DNA of 64,000 nt, taken from contig NIVC01000110.1 of NCBI GenBank assembly GCA_002269645.1, forward strand, positions 434,001 to 498,000. The letters are read 5' to 3'. Positions 40,194 through 51,155 of the stretch are shown piece after piece (positions within the stretch are counted from its first letter, which is position 1; each line of letters starts with the position of its first letter). Source of the DNA: Macrostomum lignano. Taxonomy: Eukaryota. The translations under genes were made by a program, and so were the position numbers. The notes beneath the pieces are model-generated. The model made no database searches. It had not been told where the DNA came from and was given only the letters and a program-made list of their open reading frames with translations.

Positions 40194-41834
40194 AAAAGAA
40201 ATATAGTACAAAAGAAGAAAAACTTTTACAACAAATGAAAATTTGCGCCATATTCACGACATACTACCCCTAGTAAGCAAGTTGGTACAGTACAGCACGG
40301 AACGCATTCGCGGAAAGCAAAATTCAAAATTCAAGAACAAGAGCAATATAACAAGGGTATAACTATAGCAACAGGGAAAAAAACGCAATGGGAACACAAC
40401 GTAATTCACTACGCAAAACATGACACGACAATGGAACGCAAGCAAGAACACAAATACAATTCTATGACACGGCAAAACGCAATCAAATACATAAGCAAAG
40501 CTACTATTCAATACGCGACACGACAAAACACAAGCAAAAAAATAAATAAATCGAAACAAATCGCGACAGAACGCAACGTTTACGCAAACTATGGCACGAC
40601 TTTCTACAATCGAAAACTTAAAGCAAAACGCATGCTACCCATCACCAAGAACAAATAGCGCGTTGACGCATTTTACACAAGTTAATTAAATTACTCCTTC
40701 ACGACGTGCTAAGATGAACCTTATCGGCTGGCAAAATTTTATTACTCGCTGATTTAACTATCCGCACCTCCCCCCTCCTAAAAAGGTAGGGTGGGCGCTA
40801 CGACCCTCGCTGTCTCCACAGCGGAATTCTTATCGCAATTTACCACGACGCTTATCTCTAATTGGATGCCTCGACGATAATTAACTCACGCCCACGCTCC
40901 CGTGGCGTTCCATCCACTCAGCGAAGTCTATCGCCCATTGGCTGCAGTTTATGGTCTTGCCCAGGACCAATCCCCCTGGCGAAATTCACCGCCCAATGGC
41001 TGCAGTTTTCTGTCGTGCCCAGGACAAGGGCTCCTTTCTCGCACTTCAGTCGTCTTGTGGTTGCTTCTTTTGGTAATTTCTCTTCCTACGGCTGCAGTTT
41101 AACGTCGTGCCCAGACGCTTGCTTAGTTAGTTTCTCTCCTAGCGGTTGCAGTTTAACGTCGTGCCCAGGACGCCGGCTCTAGTGAACTTCCTTTCCAGCG
41201 GCTGCAGTTTAACGTCGTGCCCAGGACGCTTCAGACATTTCTAGCTGCAACATGTGACATGTCGATCAGCTGTAAGTTAGACTTATTTTTGCGTCAAGCA
41301 GTGTTCTGACTCAAGCAATTTGAATTATATTTTTGTGTTGTTTTTATGATGCTTTTACAATTTTTATGTTTTTATCGAATATTCACGCATGTCAGTTCTA
41401 CTGCAAGACTGTTTTTAATAATTTTAATAATAATATTTATTCCTTAATAATTTTCCCATAATAATAATTCCGGATATACTGGCCGATGGAACCGCAGACG
41501 ACTTCAATCTGGGCTCAATTCAATTCCAATTTCTATTTGCAACTTCCAATCGTTTCATATCTTCTATGGTCGTCTATGGTATTTCTCTTTCATTAGCGTC
41601 CTGGAATCTACCAGGTGTGGCAGCTCGAGCAGTTCGTCTTCAACTCCTGCAACTGCAGTGTCAACATCAGCACTTCCAAGTCTTTATTATTTCCAATTTC
41701 TAATTTCTATTGACTATTTTTCTCCGGTTCCATTTTCGTGCAACAAATTTCTCGCGTTTGTCTCGACAAGTTACTATTAGTAATACAATTGAAATTTTTC
41801 GTCTCGACAGTACTTTCGTTTCTATAGACTCTAT

Positions 41835-44800
41835 TCAATGATAACCGTATCGTTCCGGGGGTCTAATCGCCGCGCGGTTCCGCAGCCGCGGTATCCAGCT
41901 AACGTTATTCGTGCCTGCCCGCTGCGGGGGCGTACTGTGCACTGGGCTCAGATGCATTAAATTCGGTGGAGTGCGCACAGGAATCTGCCTGGCCTGAGAC
42001 CCCGCAGGACTCGCCTGCGCCCGCTGGTTTGCATTGGCCGCTGTCTGAGTATTTTCGACTGCTCTATTCATATTACTTTCAGTAGCTTCGTGAGCTCTCT
42101 CACGTTGCAAAAATCTAATTCTCTCTGGTCTCTGAATCTCCACTTGAACTCTTTCTGACTCCTCCGAGCCGTCATCACTAGCACTTCCAGCTTCCTCTTC
42201 TCGATATTGACGCAACTTTTCTTCTGACAAGTAGCAGGGCTTTGTTCTGTCTACTGTCACTACGTCATGAATTCTGGCGGGTTGCTCTATTCGGTCAACC
42301 TTCGGACCGGGCTCGATTTTTAAATTTTTTCCATTATTTCTTACTTCAAGCACTCGATACGGACCTACCCACTTCCTATTCGTATCATAACAATTCTGCG
42401 TATTCGCTATCCAGACCAGGTCACCTGGCTGATAATACTGCTGGAATACTTTCGTGTCATAATTAGATTTCTGCCGCCTGACTGATATTTGCTGCTTTTC
42501 TCTGGCGATTCTATACGATTCCATGCACTTCTTATACAGATCATGTAAATGTTTATCACGGGTCTTGCGCTCCGGTGCAGGCAATCCGAGCTCAGCATCA
42601 ACCGGTAGCCGCATCTTTCGACCATAGACTAATTCGAACGGACTAAATTTATTGCTTTCACTGACCGTGCTTCGCTGAACCATCAAAGCGTGCGGAAGCA
42701 CCTCATCCCATGCCAAACTGAGTTCACTCTGGCTAATCTGATTCCATCTTTCACTACTCTGACCATGCGCTCGCAGCGACCGTTAGCTTGCGGATGGTAG
42801 CTAGTAGTATGGCGCAAATCTATTCGGAAATTTTCGGTTAACGATTTCACTAATTCTGCAGTAAACGATGTACCTCTGTCTGATATGAACGCTTCAGGGG
42901 CACCATGCCGAGTGATCCACTTTGTGTACAGGGCCCAAGCTGTACTCTCAGCTGTACAATCTCGAAGCGCTTTTACCTCTAGCCAGCCCGTAAAGTGATC
43001 AACCATCAGCAGGAGGTACTTGTTCCCCCGTGCTGTGGCGTTGAACGGACCGGCGAAATCTATATGTACTTTCTCGCCCATGTAACTGCTGACTTCTGGT
43101 TCTAAGGGCGCTCGTGGCTTCGGCCCGTATTTCTTCTTGTCTGGCACTCAGTACAAGTCTTAATATATCTATCTAAGTTTGTTGAATAGTTTGGCCACCA
43201 AAATCTCTGTCGAATCAAATCTTTAGTCTTCGAAATACCGCCGTGAGCCATTTGATCGTGGTAAGCTCTAAACAACTGCTGCTCCAGGGCTTGGTTTTCC
43301 GGCAGTACTGTCTGCTCAAATTTTCGGCCTTCGAATCTGTCCAGATTCTATGAATTATGTCATTTTTCACTAATAGCTGCTCATAATCGCTAAATAATGA
43401 CTTATAACTGCGGCTCATTCCAACCCATTCATTCTTGGGCGGACAGGGCTCTCCCTGTCTGAGCTTTTGCTTGAGCAGCAGCAACTCTGGCTGGCTCTCC
43501 TGCAGTTCTACAATTCCCGCTGGCGTATCGATATTAATTGCACCGCAGTGGACTGTTGCTGTCTTCGTCGCACTGCAAGTGGGGCATTCCTCATGGTAGC
43601 GTTTCGGGGGACCATCCCGCTGAGGTCTGCGACTCAGGGCGTCTGCGTTACCATGGGCAATCCCTTGGCGGTACTGAATTGCAAAGTCATATTCTTCCAT
43701 TCTCGAAATTACTTCAAATTGATCAAACTGCTCAAGAATCATGTTCCATCTGCCTAGCATGCCTTTTGCACCGTGGCACTTACGCAGCCATTGGAGGGCC
43801 GCGTGGTCTGTCCTGACCTTGAAACGACGGCCGACCAGATAAGGCCGGTAATGTTCTAAGAAATATATCAGCGCAAACATTTCCTTCATCGTAGTGCAGT
43901 AATTCAACTGATGCTCATTTAACGGATGCGAAGCATAGGCTATTACTTTTTCTTCCCCATCTTGCTCTTGTAATAAATTTCCACCTATAGCTACGTCACA
44001 GGCGTCGACATCGAGGATGAACGGTCCCGCGTCGCTATCGAACCTGGGGTAGCTCAGTACAGGTGCGCTTACTAACTTCTGCTTTAAAAGATCGAATGCC
44101 TTCTGGCAACTGTCATCCCACTTATACTTGACATCTTTTCTAGTTAAATTATTTAGGGGCTCACTTATTCGCGCAAAGTCTTTAATAAATCTGCGATAGT
44201 AGCCGGCTAAGCCTAAGAATCCGCGCAGCTCAGAGATATTCTCTGGCCGGGGCCATGTCTGGACTTTTTCTATCTTATCTTTGCTGGTATAAATACCGTG
44301 CTGGCAGACGGTGTGCCCTAGGAAGGTGACTTCTTTCCGAAACAGAAAGGTCTTCTCTGGCTTGATTTTCATTCCAGCATCTGCTAATCGAGAGAAAATT
44401 AATTCCAAATTACTGAGCATTTCTTCGAAATTCTTGCCTGTGCAAATAACATCATCTAGGTAGAGTAAAGCGAACTTATAAGCGTAATCGCCTAAGATCT
44501 TCTGCATTATGCGCTGAAAGCAAGCGGGTCCATTCGTGACTCCGAAAGGCAAAACTTTCCACTGGAACAGGCCATCATGGGTTCGAAACGCTAATTTCTC
44601 GCGGTCAGTCTCTCTGACCTTCACTGACCAATAAGCGCCGACCATGTCTAGGGTGCTAAAGTACATGTTGCCTGCCAGGGATTCCAGCGATTCTTGAATT
44701 AGCGGTAACGGAAAACTGTCCTTCTTAGTCTTATTATTTAGTTGTCTAAAATCACAGCAAAATCTGAATTCTCCGGACTTCTTCCGGGCGAGAACTATAG

Positions 44801-46610
44801 GGCAACTCCACTCAGATTCTGAGGGCTCAATCAAATCGTGCTCTAATAGCTGCTGCACATGCCCGCTAACAAATTCTCGTTGCTCAGGGCTTTGCTTGCG
44901 CAGGGGAATTCTGACTGGAATTTCATCGGTAGTCTCGATCTTGAATTCGCCCATCTGGGTCTTGCCGATATCCCACTGATCCTTCGACACAATATTCTGA
45001 TAACGATTAAGAATTCAATTACTTTTGCCTTCTGAGCTTCACTTAAATCGGTCTCGTTTAAGCGGAATTGCTTTCTAATTCTTTCTGCTTCTTGCATCGT
45101 GACTGCTGCCTTCGATTGCTTCTGCGCACCTACTTCTAAATCAGTTTCTGACATTGCGAAAAGTTCTACATCCTCCTTCAGCGGTTGATACTGCGCCACT
45201 ATCTCATCCTTATGAATTGTCTGAGCCTCTTCTGTCAGGTTCATTAATCTAACGTAAGTTTCGCCGAATTCGTCTAATCTAGTAATAGCTTTGCTACTAA
45301 TGGCTCATCTTTCTCGCTAATTTGACTGCGGCCTGAAATGAAGCCGAGTTCTGCAGTTTCCGGAGTATCTTTACATTTAGCCTTGACATAAATTTCGCTC
45401 ATCGGTGCTATAGATACTTTCTTGACTACTTGCAGTAGGACGCAACGCGTTTCATCACTCGTTGTTACAAGCGGAATTCTGCGATCACTAAATTCTAAGG
45501 ATTTTCCTGCTATATCTAATTTAATTTTATGCCGAGTTAACAAGTCGATGCCTATTATTGATGATGTTAGTAAGCCTTCAGCAACATAGAATGGGTGCGT
45601 AATCTCGCAGTCCCCGAATCTGACGCGCAATGCTACTTGGCCTAGTAAATTTGAAGTTTGGCCATTGGCGGATCGCATATTCACTGAGCATGGCTTCAGA
45701 CTATGATTTGCCGGATAGAGGCGTTGATATAATTTCTTATCGATTAGGCAATTTGAGGCGCCGGTGTCAACTAATATTTTTTCACTTAATCCGTTAATCT
45801 GGCTATCGAGGAATAATCCTGAATTCACTAATTGGCTAGATATGTCTGCTTCTACGGTCTTCTCTCGCTTCTCTGTTGCTTTCTTTTCAGCTGCCACATC
45901 TCGCTGGATGGCTGTCTCTAACTTCCTTAATTCTTGCTTCATTTCCCTAAGTTCAGCTCTAAGTTCTGCTGTCGTGGCACTCTTGTCAGGTTCTTCTTTC
46001 GTTGATTCTTCTTGGACTTTTTCTACCAAGCATTGGCGCAAGTCCTTCAATTCGGTTCTTAGATCTGATAATTCTTTTACTACCTTAGATTCGTCTGCTG
46101 AAGCTTTCTGTCCTTCCACCTCACTGAGTCTCAAGTCTATGCTATTCAATGCGCTTCTCTGAGCTGCCGCAGCTTCGCTTCGCTTCTCTAATTCTTCTTT
46201 CAATTGCTCTGACTGTCTAGCTAAGCTCGCTGACTTCTGTTTGTTAATTTCTGCTAATCTGCGTTCCTCGCTTGAGCAAATTTTACATTGACCGCTCTCT
46301 GTTTCCTACTATGAGTAGTATCGTTAGTGCGGATAAATTTTACTGTCGCCCTCTGGCGCAGAAAATGCATAATTTCGTAATCAGTTGCTATATTAGTATT
46401 AGTCACATGAAAGAATATATCTCTATTATTGCTATCTCGCAGGAATCCGTAGCCTCTGTAATAATTATACCAAACTAAATTTCCATATTCTACATTGACT
46501 GAGCTGTCTTGCTGGTCCTCTACTGCTGCAGCTCTTCTATTGGGAGTGAATCGGTTTAGTGGCTGGGGGCGGTTGGCCCTCCCTTGGTGCCGCCCCGTCG
46601 GTAGTTTAAA
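41835..46610 (-). CDS. pol: Pol, copy A (CSD - coiled coil - protease - RT - RNase H - integrase), with six 1-bp deletions relative to copy B
   Basis: LVDTGAS, LPFGVTNGPACFQ, YLDDV, DACDVAIGG, HHCC, VHIDFAGP/SDRG/CERM, KWVGPY. Deletions near 46281, 45291, 45007, 43333, 43136, 42733. Confidence 0.92.
46542..46610 (-). promoter_or_regulatory. -1 programmed ribosomal frameshift signal (U UUA AAC + predicted H-type pseudoknot); copy B at 55868-55936
   Basis: In-frame slippery heptamer TTTAAAC, 7-nt spacer, stem GGGGCGG/CCGCCCC, loop GGGAG complementary to a downstream CTCCC. The -1 frame is stop-free and continuous with Pol. Confidence 0.85.
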
Positions 46611-47791
46611 GAATTTCGTCTAACTGGGCAGTCTCTGGCCAGGTGAGTTTCTTCGCCGCACTCATAACAGGCCTTTCTCGCATTTGGCGCGTTCGCCCCC
46701 GAAGGTTTGAACCTGTCATTGGCCCCTCCGGCCTCGTGACCAAAGCGTGGCGGGCGTGTCATGGCGGGCCTGACAAATGGCGAAGACTGACGATTATAGG
46801 GTCTTGAGTAGCTGCTCATGTGATGCTGTGGCCGAAAGCTATTCGGAGGCTGCACTGGTGCCTGTGGCCTATAGCTTGGGTTCATTTGTCTATGGGCAAA
46901 CCTGGGTTGCCATTGCCTGTAGTCGAACTGAGGCTGATAATTCTGGTACGGTTGGTACTGCGAAGGATAATTGCTCGGGGAAGCAAACTGAGGTCCAAAT
47001 GACTGGTGGCCTTGGCCCGCGCTGGGTGCTGCTACAGGCGTCTGTTCCTTCCCTACTTGAGCCGTTAACGTATTCGAGCCCTCTTGCTTCCTTCTACTCT
47101 TTTGGCTACCTGGGTTTGCGAGTTCTTCGAGGATCTCCTCGTTCTTAGCTGCAGTCAATAAATCTTGAGTCTGATACTTCGATTCATGGGTTCTACGATA
47201 GGCAATAACTGCGCGCCTGACTTTATAATTTGCTATGCCGGCTTCAAATCGTTCAGAAACTCGCTCTCGAGCCTGATTCTCTAGTCCTGCTTTCCTAACT
47301 AATTCAACTAATGCGTCGTAAAATTCTTCTAACGATTCGTCTTCCTTCTGCCTGCGGTTCATCAGCTCTAGCTTCGCTTCTTCTTTCTGTCCTACGGGCT
47401 TAAATTTGTCCTTTAAAGTCTTTTCGATGCTTTCGAAAGATTCGGTGCTCGCTAGGCCTAAGTTAATGTAAACCTTATAGGCGTCTTCGTCTAGGAGCGA
47501 CAATAGCTGATACACTTTGGCCGATTCATCTATACCGTTGCCTTGACAGTAGTTGTTGAAGATTCTTAGAAACAATTCGAAATCTGAGCCAAGTCGGTAT
47601 GGCTTTGGCTTTGCTACGCTGTTATGCGACTTCAAAATCACTCTAGGTTCGGGATTTTCGGTTTCCATTCTTCTTATGCGGTCCTGCAGTTCTCTCACTA
47701 CTGTTCTCAAATGTTCGGCCTCATCTACTTCGCCTTCGTTCCTAATCTCAGCTGACTTCGATTCCTGACTATTTTCTCCGTCTTGCGCCAT
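46556..47791 (-). CDS. gag: Gag, copy A, intact 411 aa with one CCHC zinc knuckle
   Basis: Open ORF; CYECGEETHLARDC; capsid-like QKEDESLEEFYDAL; Q/P-rich linker. Confidence 0.93.
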   Translation of the reverse strand: MAQDGENSQESKSAEIRNEGEVDEAEHLRTVVRELQDRIRRMETENPEPRVILKSHNSVAKPKPYRLGSDFELFLRIFNNYCQGNGIDESAKVYQLLSLLDEDAYKVYINLGLASTESFESIEKTLKDKFKPVGQKEEAKLELMNRRQKEDESLEEFYDALVELVRKAGLENQARERVSERFEAGIANYKVRRAVIAYRRTHESKYQTQDLLTAAKNEEILEELANPGSQKSRRKQEGSNTLTAQVGKEQTPVAAPSAGQGHQSFGPQFASPSNYPSQYQPYQNYQPQFDYRQWQPRFAHRQMNPSYRPQAPVQPPNSFRPQHHMSSYSRPYNRQSSPFVRPAMTRPPRFGHEAGGANDRFKPSGANAPNARKACYECGEETHLARDCPVRRNSLNYRRGGTKGGPTAPSH

Positions 47792-48301
47792 GCTAAGTTT
47801 TAATCAATTGGAATTTCTATTACTGCAACTTCAGAAAGTACAACTTGTAAAGCTATAACAATTTCAATGATCTAGCTTTCTATTTTATCTTATGAGCGGA
47901 ATCGGTCGCCTCGCTCGCACTGGCAATAACTGATAAGAAAAACTGAATGTACACTGAGACAAATTCAACCAATGTACTCTCTAGTGCGCGCACTCGCAGA
48001 CTATGCTGATAAACACTAATAAAATTTTCAACTGTAAACAAAATCTACTTTCACACGCAAGTTTCTATTAAAGTGCTAATTTGAGTTTAGAAAGTCAATT
48101 TTATTTTTCCCACTCCTAAATCCTATTCAGTATTTTGGGGTAACTGGCCAACCGCAAAACCACACCTAATGCGGAATTGCTGCACACTGCGTGGTTGACG
48201 AAATAGCCGCTACGAGCCTGGAACAGACTCGTTGAATTTTAGTCTAAGCTTGCTCACTTAGAGCGCCTACCAATAAACTGCCGCCTGCTAACTATTTATT
48301 G

Positions 48302-48318
48302 GATTCCCAGGGGCTCCA
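48302..48318 (-). promoter_or_regulatory. Primer-binding site TGGAGCCCCTGGGAATC; copy B at 57627-57643
   Basis: Starts 2 nt after the 5' LTR with TGG; its complement reads like a tRNA T-arm/acceptor 3' strand. Confidence 0.8.
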
Positions 48319-48320
48319 CT

Positions 48321-49502
48321 TGTGATAAATAGGCAATTAGATAATAGCATGCACGGTGAGCAATTATTTAGGCCCTAGACAAACCTACTTGGAGCGTTCG
48401 GAGATTTTAAAGCTATTAATCCTAATCGCCTATCGCCGGTCGGCGAGTCCTACCAGTCTTTCTCCAATAGCCGCAGGTACAGTACAAGAAAATAAAGAAC
48501 ACGAGGGAACACGAACCGAAAGATTTAGAGAGTGATAATCCTATTTCAAGAATAACTAACTTGATTGACGGTTTAATTTGATTAGCTGAGTTACAAGATT
48601 TGACAAACGGCGCAGATAACTAGAGTTGACAAAACGACAACAACGGTTAATAAATAATGATTATATACGCACTGACAAGCGGATCTCAGCTGAAGAAGAA
48701 GGAGGAGAAGGCACCGAACACAGGACCACGGAGAAAGACTCCTAACCCCTGGCCTAAGCCAGAACCTACACTCAAACGAGAGCCCTGCCGAACCGACCGT
48801 TCAACGGAGTACCGACTAAATTCTATCGGCACTGCCCTTCAGTGTAACACTGAGGCCCTCGGGGTCGAGGCCGCGTACTTGATCAGATCCGACAGTCTCT
48901 ATCTAACCGCGCTTGATAGCGACGACTTCAGACAGAAATTTGCCGTAGACGTTACGCCACAAGACTAAGCGGTTGGGCGGGAACAAAGAAATGGACCGGG
49001 GGTGATGAATTCAGGCGCCTCAAAGCGCGAACCAACAAGAGAAGGGAAAACGGCCACCGGCCGGGAACTGGACAAGACAAACCGGGGAAAAGGAGCAAGC
49101 GAGATCCGATTGCCAAAACACACTCTCATATATAGTCAGAGTCACAACCCCTCAAAACCCCCTCAAGCCGGGTGGTGGTCGTCTGGCCGGCCGCTTGCTT
49201 AAGCCGAATCGCACTGTGCCCGCGGCGCCGGGTAAAATTGAAACTTGCCGCGTGCCAGGGTCCAGGCCGGTTCTGATTGGCTGACCGCGCAAAGCTGGGG
49301 TTCGCAGACAAACTCAACCCTCCGCTGAGTCACAAAATGCGTCTGACTTCTAACCTGTTTACGCAAAATTGATTCCAACTAACAAGGAAAAAGTACACCA
49401 AAAACGTATGACTAAACTAAAGCAAAATAACAATTCAATAACAATATAGAAACTAATGCAGTCAATTTACAACAAAATATACGCAAAGATGCTCACACTA
49501 CA
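48321..49502 (-). repeat. Shared middle LTR, 1182 bp
   Basis: Same sequence as the other two LTRs; flanked by a PBS on one side and a PPT on the other. Confidence 0.96.
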
Positions 49503-51155
49503 CTTCCCCCTCCTAAAAGAAATATAGTACAAAAGAAGAAAAACTTTTACAACAAATGAAAATTTGCGCCATATTCACGACATACTACCCCTAGTAAGCA
49601 AGTTGGTACAGTACAGCACGGAACGCATTCGCGGAAAGCAAAATTCAAAATTCAAGAACAAGAGCAATATAACAAGGGTATAACTATAGCAACAGGGAAA
49701 AAAACGCAATGGGAACACAACGTAATTCACTACGCAAAACATGACACGACAATGGAACGCAAGCAAGAACACAAATACAATTCTATGACACGGCAAAACG
49801 CAATCAAATACATAAGCAAAGCTACTATTCAATACGCGACACGACAAAACACAAGCAAATCAATAAATAAATCGAAACAAATCGCGACAGAACGCAACGT
49901 TTACGCAAACTATGGCACGACTTTCTACAATCGAAAACTTAAAGCAAAACGCATGCTACCCATCACCAAGAACAAATAGCGCGTTGACGCATTTTACACA
50001 AGTTAATTAAATTACTCCTTCACGACGTGCTAAGATGAACCTTATCGGCTGGCAAAATTTTATTACTCGCTGATTTAACTATCCGCACCTCCCCCCTCCT
50101 AAAAAGGTAGGGTGGGCGCTACGACCCTCGCTGTCTCCACAGCGGAATTCTTATCGCAATTTACCACGACGCTTATCTCTAATTGGATGCCTCGACGATA
50201 ATTAACTCACGCCCACGCTCCCGTGGCGTTCCATCCACTCAGCGAAGTCTATCGCCCATTGGCTGCAGTTTATGGTCTTGCCCAGGACCAATCCCCCTGG
50301 CGAAATTCACCGCCCAATGGCTGCAGTTTTCTGTCGTGCCCAGGACAAGGGCTCCTTTCTCGCACTTCAGTCGTCTTGTGGTTGCTTCTTTTGGTAATTT
50401 CTCTTCCTACGGCTGCAGTTTAACGTCGTGCCCAGACGCTTGCTTAGTTAGTTTCTCTCCTAGCGGTTGCAGTTTAACGTCGTGCCCAGGACGCCGGCTC
50501 TAGTGAACTTCCTTTCCAGCGGCTGCAGTTTAACGTCGTGCCCAGGACGCTTCAGACATTTCTAGCTGCAACATGTGACATGTCGATCAGCTGTAAGTTA
50601 GACTTATTTTTGCGTCAAGCAGTGTTCTGACTCAAGCAATTTGAATTATATTTTTGTGTTGTTTTTATGATGCTTTTACAATTTTTATGTTTTTATCGAA
50701 TATTCACGCATGTCAGTTCTACTGCAAGACTGTTTTTAATAATTTTAATAATAATATTTATTCCTTAATAATTTTCCCATAATAATAATTCCGGATATAC
50801 TGGCCGATGGAACCGCAGACGACTTCAATCTGGGCTCAATTCAATTCCAATTTCTATTTGCAACTTCCAATCGTTTCATATCTTCTATGGTCGTCTATGG
50901 TATTTCTCTTTCATTAGCGTCCTGGAATCTACCAGGTGTGGCAGCTCGAGCAGTTCGTCTTCAACTCCTGCAACTGCAGTGTCAACATCAGCACTTCCAA
51001 GTCTTTATTATTTCCAATTTCTAATTTCTATTGACTATTTTTCTCCGGTTCCATTTTCGTGCAACAAATTTCTCGCGTTTGTCTCGACAAGTTACTATTA
51101 GTAATACAATTGAAATTTTTCGTCTCGACAGTACTTTCGTTTCTATAGACTCTAT

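Noticed and set aside
40940-41227. CRISPR array interpretation of the spaced repeats
   Set aside because: Eukaryotic retrotransposon context, no cas genes, degenerate repeats and uneven spacers; kept as an unexplained array instead.
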